Assembly: GCA_019244185.1 (NCBI GenBank) | Contig: JAFATB010000014.1 | Span: 480,001-544,000 of the forward strand | Length of the DNA stretch: 64,000 bases | Source: Acidobacteriota bacterium | Lineage (GTDB): Bacteria > Acidobacteriota > Thermoanaerobaculia > Gp7-AA8 | Direction: 5' to 3' | Shown here: in pieces, positions 1 to 9,558 of the stretch | How positions within the stretch are numbered: the first letter of the stretch is position 1 | Layout of the letters: the number at the start of each line of letters is the position of its first letter | Notes under the pieces: generated by a model | The model's input: only the letters and a program-made list of their open reading frames with translations | Databases searched by the model: none | Told to the model about the DNA's origin: nothing | Program-made: the position numbers and the translations under genes

Positions 1-153
1 CCCCGCGACATTCGGCAGCGTTGGCTGCGCGGCTTGCGAGGTCGTCGGCGGTGGCGATGGCGGCGTCTGCGATTCCGTCTGCGCGGGCTCCGGTTGCGTC
101 TGCCGCGTACACGCGATCGCCAGGAGAACACCGACTGCGAAAAAGCGCTTCAT
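1..153 (-). CDS. Lipoprotein, partial (runs off the left window edge)
   Basis: Manual translation MKRFFAVGVLLAIA-CTRQTQPEPAQTESQTPPSPPP...; lipobox-like LAIAC then a Pro/Thr/Gln linker; absent from the ORF track. Confidence 0.7.
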   Translation of the reverse strand, partial: MKRFFAVGVLLAIACTRQTQPEPAQTESQTPPSPPPTTSQAAQPTLPNVAG

Positions 154-192
154 GCGCCCGTTCTTTGCAACCCTCGGGCGCGGAGGATCACC

Positions 193-777
193 ATGGATGT
201 GAAAGGTCGCAGAATCGCCATCATCGTCACCGACGGGTTCGAGCAGATCGAGCTGACGAGCCCGCGTGAGGCGCTCGAGAAAGCGGGGGCGAAGTGCCTC
301 GTGCTCGCGCCGAAAGGCGGCGAGGTGCAGGGTTTCAAACATCACGACAAAGCGGACAAGATCAAAGTCGATCTCGAGCTCGGCAAGGCCGACCCGAACG
401 ACTTCGACGCGGTACTGCTCCCCGGCGGCGTCATCAACGGAGACGCCATTCGCGTCGAGGAGAAGGCGCAGCAGTTCGTGCGCGACATCGACCGCGCCGG
501 CAAGCCGGTCATGGTCATCTGCCACGGCGGCTGGATTCTCGTTTCGTCCGGACTCGTGCGCGGCCACACGATGACCAGCTGGCCGACGCTGCAGGACGAC
601 ATCCGCAACGCCGGCGGCACGTGGCAGGACAAGGAAGTCATTCGCGACCGCAACTGGGTCAGCAGCCGCAAGCCGGACGATCTCCCCGCATTCAACCGCG
701 CCATCGTCGAGCTGCTCGCGGACACCGCGAACCGTGCGAACGCGCGTCCCGAGTCGCGCGACGAAGCGCGCGCGTGA
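193..777 (+). CDS. pfpI: DJ-1/PfpI family protein (type 1 glutamine amidotransferase-like deglycase/protease)
   Basis: DGFEQIEL, LLPGG, ICHG nucleophile elbow, SSRKPDDLPAF; GGAGG SD upstream of ATG 193. Confidence 0.92.
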   Translation: MDVKGRRIAIIVTDGFEQIELTSPREALEKAGAKCLVLAPKGGEVQGFKHHDKADKIKVDLELGKADPNDFDAVLLPGGVINGDAIRVEEKAQQFVRDIDRAGKPVMVICHGGWILVSSGLVRGHTMTSWPTLQDDIRNAGGTWQDKEVIRDRNWVSSRKPDDLPAFNRAIVELLADTANRANARPESRDEARA

Positions 778-788
778 GGTGATGCGAG

Positions 789-822
789 CCCGCGCGACGG
801 CGCATGTGCGTCGTCGCGCGGG
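789..822. terminator. GC-rich 16-bp hairpin downstream of pfpI
   Basis: CCCGCGCGACGGCGCA-TG-TGCGTCGTCGCGCGGG, one G-U pair, no U-tract. Confidence 0.5.
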
Positions 823-883
823 GATGCGTCGTCACGGCAACGGCCGCGACTTTCCGCCGCGACGCGCGTTATTCTCCGCGGCG

Positions 884-1768
884 ATGACGCGAAGGCACTG
901 TCCGCTCTGCGGTGAGGATCGGCCGCGCCTGCTCGCGACGGTCGCGGCGCGCACGATCTGCGACGGCAACACCACGTACCGTCCCGACGCGCCCTCGCTC
1001 CTCGGCATCGACACCGCGGCGGAATTCGCGTTCGTGCGTTGTCTCGCGTGCGGCTTCGTCTACGCGCAGGACGCGCCCGGCGCGGCGCTGCTCGAGCGGC
1101 TCTACAACGTTGTCATCGACGCGGAGCGCGCGTACGCGGAGTCGCATCAGCCTTCGTGGGTCGCGCATCAGCTGCAGCTTGCGGCGACGCTGCTCGCGCG
1201 CTTCGAAAATCGCGAGACCGCGAACATCCTCGACTACGGTTGCGGCCACGGCGCGATCGTGCGCGCGCTCGCGTGCACCGGCTACGAGTACGCGGAGAGC
1301 GTCGCCGCCGCGGGACGCGCGCGCGGTTTGGCGATCTTCTCCGACATGAACGAGATCCGCGCCCGCGCGCCGTTCGACGGGATCGTGCTGAGCGACGTCC
1401 TCGAGCACGTGCCGGAGCCGCGCGCCACGCTGGCCACGTGCCGCGACCTGCTGCACGCCGGCGGCTGGATCTGCGTCAGTGTTCCCGACTTCAGCGAGCG
1501 CCGTGCGCGGGCGGTGTTCGACGCGCTGCGCCGCGGCGAGGCAGTCACGCGCGAGGTGAACCCGTGGGAGCACCTCAACTACTTTTCGCCGGAGACGCTC
1601 GCGGCGATGCTGACGCGCGGCGGTTTCGTCGTCGAACCGTACGCGACGGCGACGTTCGGGTTGCGTCCGGCCGGGTGGGGCAATGCGCTCAAGTCCGCCG
1701 GCCGCATGCTCGGGTTCGCCGCGCGTCCGCACGCGACGACGACGACGCTCCTCGCCCGGCGCGACTGA
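884..1768 (+). CDS. Class I SAM-dependent methyltransferase with N-terminal Zn ribbon
   Basis: CPLC...CLACG; ILDYGCGHG motif I; DVLEHVPEP; EHLNYFS. Confidence 0.88.
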   Translation: MTRRHCPLCGEDRPRLLATVAARTICDGNTTYRPDAPSLLGIDTAAEFAFVRCLACGFVYAQDAPGAALLERLYNVVIDAERAYAESHQPSWVAHQLQLAATLLARFENRETANILDYGCGHGAIVRALACTGYEYAESVAAAGRARGLAIFSDMNEIRARAPFDGIVLSDVLEHVPEPRATLATCRDLLHAGGWICVSVPDFSERRARAVFDALRRGEAVTREVNPWEHLNYFSPETLAAMLTRGGFVVEPYATATFGLRPAGWGNALKSAGRMLGFAARPHATTTTLLARRD

Positions 1769-1781
1769 ACCGGCCCGGAGC

Positions 1782-2468
1782 ATGCACAGCAACCTGTGCA
1801 TGGCGGCTCGAGCATCGCAGCCGGCGCAGCGCTGCCGGCGCAAGTTTCTGCGCTTCTTCCCGGAGGGCTTTCGCGACGAGACGTATCTCGCGTGGGAGCG
1901 CGACTACAAAGCGGAGGCACACGCGAGGTGGTCCGAGGCGCTGGGGAAGGATGCGTTTCGCGCGCTGCTGCGGAAGCGCGCGTGGAGCGACGTCGCGGCG
2001 ACGGCGGTGAAGATCGAGTCGCGGACGAACCTTCTTTTCTCGTTCGAGAAGATGGCGTTGCGCGATGCGGTGCGCGACGCGAACGGCGCGCGGACGTTCG
2101 CAGAAGGGCTGTACGACTGGCTGCACGGCAGCGGCTCGATGGAGGCGCGTTTCGCGCGCTGGTGCGAGGCGGTGGCGTCGTTGCCGCGGCGGCAGACCCG
2201 CGTGCTCACCTGGCCGCTGGTCACGGTGTGGGGCTTTCTCGCGCTGCCGAAGGAGCACATCTTCCTCAAGCCGAACGTCACGAAGCGCGCGGCGGCGGAG
2301 TACGCGTACGACTTCGACTATCGCTCGCAGCCGAACTGGACGACGTACGCGAGCCTGCTCGACTTCGCCGCGACCGTGCGCCGCGACCTGCGCGACCTCA
2401 GGCCGCGCGATTTGATTGATATCCAATCATTTTTGTGGGTCCAGGGCTCGGACGAATACGAGGAGTAA
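1782..2468 (+). CDS. Hypothetical protein
   Basis: Aromatic-rich, gene-like ORF (KFLRFFPEGFRDETY...WERDYK; HIFLKP; DLIDIQSFLWV); start may be 1800. Confidence 0.75.
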   Translation: MHSNLCMAARASQPAQRCRRKFLRFFPEGFRDETYLAWERDYKAEAHARWSEALGKDAFRALLRKRAWSDVAATAVKIESRTNLLFSFEKMALRDAVRDANGARTFAEGLYDWLHGSGSMEARFARWCEAVASLPRRQTRVLTWPLVTVWGFLALPKEHIFLKPNVTKRAAAEYAYDFDYRSQPNWTTYASLLDFAATVRRDLRDLRPRDLIDIQSFLWVQGSDEYEE

Positions 2469-2477
2469 GATCGAACC

Positions 2478-2711
2478 ATGGCACGCGGATGGGAATCGAA
2501 GTCCGTCGAGTCGCAGCAGCACGAAGAGTTCGGCGAAACGCGCCGCGGCGCGGCCGGTGAGGACGCGGAACGCGCGCGCAAACGCGAGAGCCTCGAGCTC
2601 TCCCGCCGCCGCATCGCCCGCGAGCTCGAGACCGCGAAGTCCGCCGTGCACCGCGCGGCGCTGCAGAACGCGCTCGCACATCTCGACGGCGAGCTGGCGA
2701 AGCTGGGGTAG
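2478..2711 (+). CDS. Small coiled-coil hypothetical protein
   Basis: MARGWESKSVESQQ N-terminus, helical charged composition, AGGAG upstream. Confidence 0.75.
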   Translation: MARGWESKSVESQQHEEFGETRRGAAGEDAERARKRESLELSRRRIARELETAKSAVHRAALQNALAHLDGELAKLG

Positions 2712-2788
2712 GCCGAGGACGCATGGCCATCAATCCGTAAAAACGGCGAAGTCTCGGTTCCGGTCCCTCCAACCGTTGGAGGTGACCC

Positions 2789-4327
2789 ATGAAACCGACG
2801 ATCCATGCACGTCCCCATGGCAATCGAATCCGCGGAACCGATCTCTCGCGCAGCTCGCCGCTGTTCGAGGGACCGTTCGGCCGCATTTTCCGCGCTCTGC
2901 CACCCGCCGACTTCGGCCCGACCGATGAAGCATCGCAGGCCGCGCTCAACAAACTCGGGGCGGCGATGGTCGCCGACTTCGACCCGCCGAAAGACGGCCC
3001 GGACGACGAGGAAAGCGGCATTCCCGCGGCGTTCACGTACTTCGGGCAGTTCATCGATCACGACCTGACGTTCGATCCCGCGAGCTCGCTGCAGCGGCAG
3101 AACGATCCCGACGCGCTGGTCGACTTCCGTACGCCGCGCTTCGATCTTGACAGCGTCTACGGCCGCGGCCCCGACGATCAGCCGTACCTGTACGCGGACG
3201 GCCGCACGTTCAACCTCGGCGAGGCGCTCACCGGCGCGGCCACGAATCCGCGGGCGCGCGATCTGCCGCGCAGCCGCGTCTTCGACGGCGAGAAGTTCAA
3301 TGCCGCACGGGCCATCATCGGCGATCCGCGCAACGACGAGAACACGATCGTCTCGCAGCTGCAGGGACTCCTCCTCCGTTTCCACAACAGCATCGCCAAC
3401 GCGCATCCCGACTGGGACTTCAAGCGCGTGCAGCGCGAGGTCCGCTTTCACTACCAATGGATCGTGTTGAACGACTTCCTTCCGACGATCGTCTCGCACG
3501 ACGTGCTCGACGACGTGCTGCCGCATCTGAAGAAGAAGACGAACATCGTCGCGGATCCGCCGCGGCTTCGCTTCTACCATCCGAAATACGACCTCTTCAT
3601 GCCGCTCGAGTTCTCCGCGGCGGCGTACCGCTTCGGTCATTCGATGGTGCGTCCCGGCTATCGCGTCAGCGAGACCATTCCGCCGCTGCCGATCTTCGAC
3701 TTCGATCCGACGAAACCGTCGCTGACCGGGTTCCAGCCGGTGATCAGCACGTGGGCGATCGACTGGAATCTCTTCATCGATCTCTCGCCGCGCGACCCCG
3801 ACGATCCGACGCGCCTCCAGCTCGCCTACAAGATCGACACGTCGCTCGTGAATCCGCTCGGCAAACTGCCCGAGCGCGTCGCGACGAATCCGCCGAACCT
3901 CGCGCAGCGCAATCTCCTGCGCGGCTGGCGGCTGCGGCTGCCGAACGGCCAGGACATCGCGCGCGCGATGGGACTGGTGCCGCTCGCCGACGATCACATC
4001 CGCATCGGCAAGTTCACCGGCGCCGCCGGCGACATCAAGGGCGACATCGTGACCGTCGGCGGTCCGGAGTTCGCCGGCAATTGTCCGCTCTGGACGTACG
4101 TCCTTGCCGAGACGCAGGAGGTGAACGTCAAAGTGCACACGACCAAAGGCACGCGTCAGATCAAGACGCGCCGCCTCGGTCCCGTGGGCGGCCGCATCGT
4201 CGCCGAGACGTTCGCCGGTCTCCTCCTCGGCGACAGCAGTTCCTATCTGTCGCAGGATCCGCTGTGGAAGCCCGCGACGACGCCGTTCGGTCTGCGCGAG
4301 CTCGTCGCCGCGGCGCTGAATGGCTGA
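2789..4327 (+). CDS. Heme peroxidase, peroxidase-cyclooxygenase (animal-type) superfamily
   Basis: FTYFGQFIDHDLT distal His, GDPRNDEN, AYRFGHSM proximal His, RNLLRG, LGPVGGRIVAE; GGAGG SD. Confidence 0.92.
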   Translation: MKPTIHARPHGNRIRGTDLSRSSPLFEGPFGRIFRALPPADFGPTDEASQAALNKLGAAMVADFDPPKDGPDDEESGIPAAFTYFGQFIDHDLTFDPASSLQRQNDPDALVDFRTPRFDLDSVYGRGPDDQPYLYADGRTFNLGEALTGAATNPRARDLPRSRVFDGEKFNAARAIIGDPRNDENTIVSQLQGLLLRFHNSIANAHPDWDFKRVQREVRFHYQWIVLNDFLPTIVSHDVLDDVLPHLKKKTNIVADPPRLRFYHPKYDLFMPLEFSAAAYRFGHSMVRPGYRVSETIPPLPIFDFDPTKPSLTGFQPVISTWAIDWNLFIDLSPRDPDDPTRLQLAYKIDTSLVNPLGKLPERVATNPPNLAQRNLLRGWRLRLPNGQDIARAMGLVPLADDHIRIGKFTGAAGDIKGDIVTVGGPEFAGNCPLWTYVLAETQEVNVKVHTTKGTRQIKTRRLGPVGGRIVAETFAGLLLGDSSSYLSQDPLWKPATTPFGLRELVAAALNG

Positions 4328-4396
4328 TTCCTGCCGGACGGCGGCGCGTGGTGAGCCGCCCCGCCGTCCGGCATTTCCCGTGCACCGCCGCGCGTC

Positions 4397-4582
4397 GTGG
4401 CCACGCTCGCCGTCGTGCTGTTCGTCGTCGTCGCCGTCGCGCTGATTCTGCTGCGGCAACCGGTTGCGTTGGCGCAGGGCGCGGTGCTCGGCGGGCGGCT
4501 GGGCGCGGGCTGCGTCATCGCGCAGGCGGTGCTGCTGTTGGTCGCGGCAGGAGTGCTCTTTCTCCTCCGCGACCAACTCTAG
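4397..4582 (+). CDS. Possible small membrane protein with 2 TM helices
   Basis: 61 aa with two hydrophobic stretches, GTG start, fills the gap between convergent genes. Confidence 0.45.
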   Translation: MATLAVVLFVVVAVALILLRQPVALAQGAVLGGRLGAGCVIAQAVLLLVAAGVLFLLRDQL

Positions 4583-4594
4583 CGCCGGCGCCCG

Positions 4595-5215
4595 TTACGC
4601 TCCCGGGCGCGCGGGCGGCGGCGGCGCGAGCACGGCGTCGGGCACCTGGTTGTGCACCGGCTTGATCGTGCGCAGGTACGCGTACACCGACTTGAGGTCC
4701 TCGTCCGTCATCTTCGCGTAGTTGAACCACGGCATCGGCGGGAGGATCGGGCGCGACACGCCCCAGTGGCGGCCGGTGCGGATGGTCTTGATGAACATCG
4801 CCTCGTCCCAGATGCCGATGCCGGTCATGCGGTCCGGCGTCAGGTTGCGCGCGTAGCTGATGCCCCACGGCCCCGCGAACGCGGTGTTCGTTCCGTTGCC
4901 GCTCCACATCCACGCGGGATCGCCGTGCTTCGGCGCGGCGGAGATCTTCACCTCTTCGGGATGTCCGGAGAGCATGCGGCTCATGTCGGGCTCGGGGCCG
5001 TTCGCGCCCATCTTCAGCGGCGTGTGGCAGTCGTTGCAGCCGCCGACGGTGACGAGGTACTGGCCGCGCGCGACGCGGGCCCGCGCGAGCTGCGCTTCCT
5101 GCTTCGCCGCGCTGTTCGCGCTGACGCGCGCGGAGCCGAACGCGGTGATGGAGATCGCGATGGCGAGGCTCACGATGGTGAGCGCGAGGGTCGTGATGCG
5201 GTGGCGTGTGGTCAT
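4595..5215 (-). CDS. Exported c-type cytochrome (cytochrome c-553-like family)
   Basis: Signal/anchor helix, RGQYLV..GGCNDCHTP heme motif, GPWG.SYARNLTPD, PPMPW axial Met; GGAGG SD. Confidence 0.88.
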   Translation of the reverse strand: MTTRHRITTLALTIVSLAIAISITAFGSARVSANSAAKQEAQLARARVARGQYLVTVGGCNDCHTPLKMGANGPEPDMSRMLSGHPEEVKISAAPKHGDPAWMWSGNGTNTAFAGPWGISYARNLTPDRMTGIGIWDEAMFIKTIRTGRHWGVSRPILPPMPWFNYAKMTDEDLKSVYAYLRTIKPVHNQVPDAVLAPPPPARPGA

Positions 5216-5285
5216 GATGTCCTCCGTTCGTTGCTGAACCATTCGTTGCAGAACTACGGAGAATCTAGGCGGCGCGACCACGCGT

Positions 5286-5369
5286 CATTCCTAAGTCTTT
5301 CCTAGCGTCATGCGAAAAGATGCGCGCCACCGTGCGCGCGGCGTCAGCGCATTCCTAAGCGTTCCTTAA
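5286..5369. promoter_or_regulatory. Two pairs of TTCCT(A/T)A direct repeats in a divergent intergenic region
   Basis: TTCCTAAG 5288, TTCCTAG 5299, TTCCTAAG 5352, TTCCTTAA 5362; 10-11 bp phasing within each pair. Confidence 0.6.
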
Positions 5370-5447
5370 ATTCACGACTTTTTCATGGCCGGCGCCGGTT
5401 ATGCGTGACGAAGCCGACCTATATTCACTTCGGTCCGAAGGTCCAGC

Positions 5448-7205
5448 ATGTTGTCATTCCTCAATCGAGTTTCCGGAAAAGGGACGCAGCCGCGGGCAGC
5501 CGGGGCGCGCGACGAGCGTCTGCGCGGCGCGTTCGACGTCGCGCCGATCGGCCTCGGCATCGCCGCGCTCGACGGCCACTGGATCCTCTTCAACGACGCC
5601 TGCTGCGCGCTCCTCGGCTACACGCGCGATGAGCTCCACCGCGTCCGCCTCAACGACATCACCCATCCCGACGACGCCGCGCGCGAGCTCGCGTTCATCA
5701 AGCGCGTGCTGAACGGCGACGCGCAGCGCTACCGCATCGAGAAGCGCACCATCGACAAGAGCGGCGCGTATCGCGACGTGCACGTCACCGTCGCGCTGGC
5801 CCGCGGCGGCGAGAGCGGCGACAGCTTCGTCTACGTCATCGAGCCGGCGCACAAGCAGGTCGAGAGCGGCCGCGACGCCGAGCATCTCGCCGCCGTCGTG
5901 CTCGACCGCCTCTCCGAGACCGCCGTCATCCGCACCGACGCGCGCGGCGCCATCACCGGCTGGAACGCCGGCGCCGCCGCGATCCTCGGCTACACGCGCG
6001 AGCAGATCGCGGGCAAGAACCGCCGCGTGCTCTACCGCGATCAGGACAACTGGGACGATCGTCCCGGCGATCAGCTGCGCATCGCCGCCGAGCAGGGCCA
6101 CTGCGAGCGCGAGGAGTTCCGCGTGCGCCGCGACGGCACGCACGTCTGGCTCCGTAGCTCGGTCCTGCCGTTCGCGCCCGGCGGCATCGTGCGCGGCTAC
6201 ATCGAAGTCCTCACCGCGCCCGCGAACAGCGAGCCGGAGCTGCGCGAGGCGCTCACCCGCACGCAACATGAGCTCGAAGCGGAGCGCACGCGCGCCGCGT
6301 CGCTCAAGACGCTCGCCGCCAGCCGCGCGCGCGAGCTCAAGCTCGTCGCGATCGCGCTGCGCCGCGAGATCAACAAACGCAAAGCACTCGAGAGCGAGCT
6401 CGCCGCGTCGCGCGTATCGCTCGTGAATCCGACTCCCACAACGGTGCCGGCTCCCGCCGAGCCGCGCATCGCGATCGCGATGATCCGGCCGACGACGCTG
6501 CCGTCGCCGCCGGCCAGCGCGCCGGCTGCCGAGGAGATCGCGCATTTGACGGCGACGGGGGATGTGATCCTCGAGCCGGAACGCCACGCCTGGTCGACGC
6601 TCGGCAACCGCTCGCCGCTCGAGCTCCTCGGCGAGCTCGTCGAAGCACAGCGCAGCGGCCTGGTGATCTTCGTCTGCGGCGAGCGGCACACCGCGATCCA
6701 TCTCGAGCGCGGACGCATCTCCTCGTGCGCGTCGAACGATCCCGCGTCGTTCCTCGCCGAGCGGCTCGTGCGCAGCCAGATCATCAGCGAAGGACAGCGC
6801 AACAAGGCGCTGGAGATGGCGGAAGAGACCGACCTCGCGTTCGGACGCGTGTTGATTCTCCTCGGCATCCTCACCGACGAGCAGGTCGCGCTCGCGGTGC
6901 GCGAGAAGGTCGAGAACGAGATCGCCGCGCTCGCCGAATGCCGCGACTGCCGCTGGAACTTCGTCGAGAAATCCCCGCCGCGCGGCAAGCTCGTGTCGAT
7001 CAACGTCGACTTCCACGAGCTCCGCGCCGTGCGCGCGCAACGCACGCGCTTCATCGCCTCGCGCACGGGCACGTCGTATCACCGCGCCGGCTGCATCTCG
7101 CTGCGCAAGGTCGCCGCGTCCGCGCAGCTCGTGCTCGCGGGCGAAGACGACGCGCGGCGCCGCGACCTCAAGCCGTGCCGCATGTGCCTGCGCCCCGAAG
7201 CCTGA
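5448..7205 (+). CDS. Multidomain sensor: PAS-PAS, coiled coil, Pro-rich linker, DUF4388-like domain, C-terminal Ada-type Zn finger
   Basis: FNDACCALLGY...ITHPDD and WNAGAAAILGY PAS motifs; RSGLVIF...IHLERGRI...FGRVLI; YHRAGC...KPCRMC. Confidence 0.8.
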   Translation: MLSFLNRVSGKGTQPRAAGARDERLRGAFDVAPIGLGIAALDGHWILFNDACCALLGYTRDELHRVRLNDITHPDDAARELAFIKRVLNGDAQRYRIEKRTIDKSGAYRDVHVTVALARGGESGDSFVYVIEPAHKQVESGRDAEHLAAVVLDRLSETAVIRTDARGAITGWNAGAAAILGYTREQIAGKNRRVLYRDQDNWDDRPGDQLRIAAEQGHCEREEFRVRRDGTHVWLRSSVLPFAPGGIVRGYIEVLTAPANSEPELREALTRTQHELEAERTRAASLKTLAASRARELKLVAIALRREINKRKALESELAASRVSLVNPTPTTVPAPAEPRIAIAMIRPTTLPSPPASAPAAEEIAHLTATGDVILEPERHAWSTLGNRSPLELLGELVEAQRSGLVIFVCGERHTAIHLERGRISSCASNDPASFLAERLVRSQIISEGQRNKALEMAEETDLAFGRVLILLGILTDEQVALAVREKVENEIAALAECRDCRWNFVEKSPPRGKLVSINVDFHELRAVRAQRTRFIASRTGTSYHRAGCISLRKVAASAQLVLAGEDDARRRDLKPCRMCLRPEA

Positions 7206-7224
7206 CGTACACTTCGGGCCGTCC

Positions 7225-8676
7225 ATGAATCGTCTCGTGCTCGCGGCGGCGGCGCTGGCCGTCCTCGGCCTCATCGCGCTCGTTTTCGGCAAGCGGCACG
7301 CGCGCCGGCTGCAGCACGCGCGGCGCATCCGCATCGATCGCTTCAAGCTCAAGCGCCGCCACGCCGAGATCGAGCTCGAAGTCTTCGGCAGCCGCGAGGT
7401 CGTGCGCGCGATTCAGGACTACGCGCGCGAACATCGCGTGACCATCGACGAGGCGCGGCGGCAGGCAAGCCAGTACCTGCGCGAGATCGTGCCGAAGTTC
7501 AACCTGCTCGCGTACTACCGCGTCGGCGCGCCGCTGGCGAGCGCGATCATGCGCTTCCTCTATCGCGTCGTGGTCGAGCGCAAGCCGATCCGCGAGTTCA
7601 ACGAGCGCGGGATGAAAGGCGCGACGGTCGTCTACATCATCAACCACCGCTCGAACGCCGACTACGTGCTCGTCGCGCACATGCTGTTCAAGTTCATCTC
7701 GCTCTCGTACGCGATCGGCGAATGGGCGCGCGTCTGGCCGCTCAATCACGTCTTCAAATGGTTCGGCGGCTATTTCGTGCGGCGGCGTTACCGCGAGCCG
7801 CTGTATCACGCGGTGCTGTCGAAGTTCGTGCAGACGATCACGAAGCACGGCGTGACGCAGGGCGTCTTCATCGAAGGCGGCCTCTCGCGCGACGGCGCGT
7901 TCCAGAAGCCGAAGCTGGGGATGCTCGACTACCTCGTCACCGCGAAACGCGATCCGGAGTTCACGTCGCCGCTGTTCATCATTCCGACGGCGGTGAACTA
8001 CGACCGCGTCCTCGAGGACCGCACGCTCACCGACGAGCTTCTCGGCCGTGAGGAACGCGCCACGAAACGCGAGAAGCTCGCGACGACGTTCGACTATCTC
8101 TTCCGCAACTTCTTCCGCGGCCTCTTCCGCCGCTTCAAACGCTACGGGTACGCGATGGTCACGTTCGGCGCGCCGATCTCGGTCGACGCGTTCCTGCGCG
8201 AGCATCCGGCCGCGCTCTCCGAGGAGTTCGAAGAACGCAAGGCGGATCTGCAGGCGCTCGCGGAACTGGTGATGACCGAGATCTCCGACGCGCTTCCCGT
8301 GACGCCGGTGACGCTCGCCGCGACCGCGTTTCGGCGGCGTCACGTGCTCACCGAACGCGCCATGCTCGCGGAGCTCACCGCGCTCCGCGAGGAATGGCGC
8401 GGCCGTCCGTGGCTCATGCGCGAGAAGACGCCGCTCGAGATCTGGAACGCCGCGAAGTTCGTCCTCACGCTGCGCCACCTCATCCAGCCCGCGGCGGAAT
8501 GGCGCGACGAGCTCTTCGACGGCGGCGATGCCGGCGCGCCGGCGCTCGAGGACGCGTGGATGTGGAACCCGTCCGAGACGACGCTGCGCGACTATTACGC
8601 GAACGCGCTCGTGCCGTTCGCCGACGTGCAGCAGCGCGGTTGGCCGGAGCGGCCGAAGAAGCGAAGCAAACCTTGA
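7225..8676 (+). CDS. Glycerol-3-phosphate/lysophospholipid acyltransferase (PlsB/PlsC family)
   Basis: NHRSNAD (HX4D), GGYFVRR, FIEGGLSRDG, N-terminal TM. Confidence 0.85.
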   Translation: MNRLVLAAAALAVLGLIALVFGKRHARRLQHARRIRIDRFKLKRRHAEIELEVFGSREVVRAIQDYAREHRVTIDEARRQASQYLREIVPKFNLLAYYRVGAPLASAIMRFLYRVVVERKPIREFNERGMKGATVVYIINHRSNADYVLVAHMLFKFISLSYAIGEWARVWPLNHVFKWFGGYFVRRRYREPLYHAVLSKFVQTITKHGVTQGVFIEGGLSRDGAFQKPKLGMLDYLVTAKRDPEFTSPLFIIPTAVNYDRVLEDRTLTDELLGREERATKREKLATTFDYLFRNFFRGLFRRFKRYGYAMVTFGAPISVDAFLREHPAALSEEFEERKADLQALAELVMTEISDALPVTPVTLAATAFRRRHVLTERAMLAELTALREEWRGRPWLMREKTPLEIWNAAKFVLTLRHLIQPAAEWRDELFDGGDAGAPALEDAWMWNPSETTLRDYYANALVPFADVQQRGWPERPKKRSKP

Positions 8677-8741
8677 GACGCACCCGCCAACACTTTGCCC
8701 CGCTGGCGCGTTTTCCTGGCGTGGAGAGCGGAGTCGAGGCG

Positions 8742-9275
8742 ATGGCCCTGCCCGGCGAGATGTCCGGCGAATTGTCCGGCGAGCTGCCGGAATGCGAGGC
8801 GCGGGAGCGGCTCGAGCGGCTGTACGACCGCTACAGCGCGCGGCTCTTCCGCTTCGCGTTGCGGATGGCGGTGGACGACGGCGAGGCGCGCGACTTCGTG
8901 CACGACGCGTTCGTCCGCGCCGCCCGCGGACTCGCGCGCGTGCCGGCAGGGGAGGAGGCGATGGCGTGGCTGATGCGCGTCGTCGTGAACCTCGCGCGCG
9001 ACCGGCACCGGCGGCGCGTGGTGCGCGCGGCCTTCGCGCGATTGCCGTTCCGCGTCGCCGACGATCCGCGCGCGGCGCTCGAGACCGCGGGAAGCGTGCG
9101 GGCGGCGCTCGCGGAGCTGCCGCCGCGGCAGCGCGCGATCATTGCGCTGCATCACTTCGACGACGAGCCGGTGGCCGCCATCGCCGCGACCCTCGGACTC
9201 TCCGCGGCGACGGTGCGGTGGCATCTCGCGAAAGGCCGCAAGCGCCTCGCCGAACTGCTGAAAGGACTCGCATGA
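8742..9275 (+). CDS. ECF sigma-70 factor
   Basis: LYDRYSARLFRFA, DFVHDAF, AWLMRVVVNLARD region 2; LPPRQR...IAATLGLSAATVRWHL region 4; start could be 8760. Confidence 0.88.
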   Translation: MALPGEMSGELSGELPECEARERLERLYDRYSARLFRFALRMAVDDGEARDFVHDAFVRAARGLARVPAGEEAMAWLMRVVVNLARDRHRRRVVRAAFARLPFRVADDPRAALETAGSVRAALAELPPRQRAIIALHHFDDEPVAAIAATLGLSAATVRWHLAKGRKRLAELLKGLA

Positions 9276-9550
9276 ACGACGACCTGACACGCCTGCTGCG
9301 CGCGCACGATCCAGCGGCTGGAAAGACGCTGCACCCCGCAACTCGCGCGCGCCTCTTCGCGGAACGCGCGGCGCCGCGTCGCGTGCAGCGTTGGCGCGTC
9401 GCGGTGGTCGCCGCCGCGCTCGTACTGCTCGCGGGCATCGCCGCGCTCGTCCGCCGTCCCGACCCGGAGCCGCCGCGGCGGCAGATTCAATACGCGACGA
9501 AGTCGGGAACGCGGATCATCTGGACGCTCGACCCGAACTTCAGGATGTGA
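9272..9550 (+). CDS. Putative single-TM anti-sigma factor
   Basis: ATGA overlap with the sigma gene; short cytoplasmic part, one TM, tail ..TKSGTRIIWTLDPNF. Confidence 0.7.
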   Translation: MNDDLTRLLRAHDPAAGKTLHPATRARLFAERAAPRRVQRWRVAVVAAALVLLAGIAALVRRPDPEPPRRQIQYATKSGTRIIWTLDPNFRM

Positions 9551-9558
9551 GGAACGCG

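Noticed and set aside
4595-5215. Di-heme cytochrome
   Set aside because: Only one CxxCH motif is present
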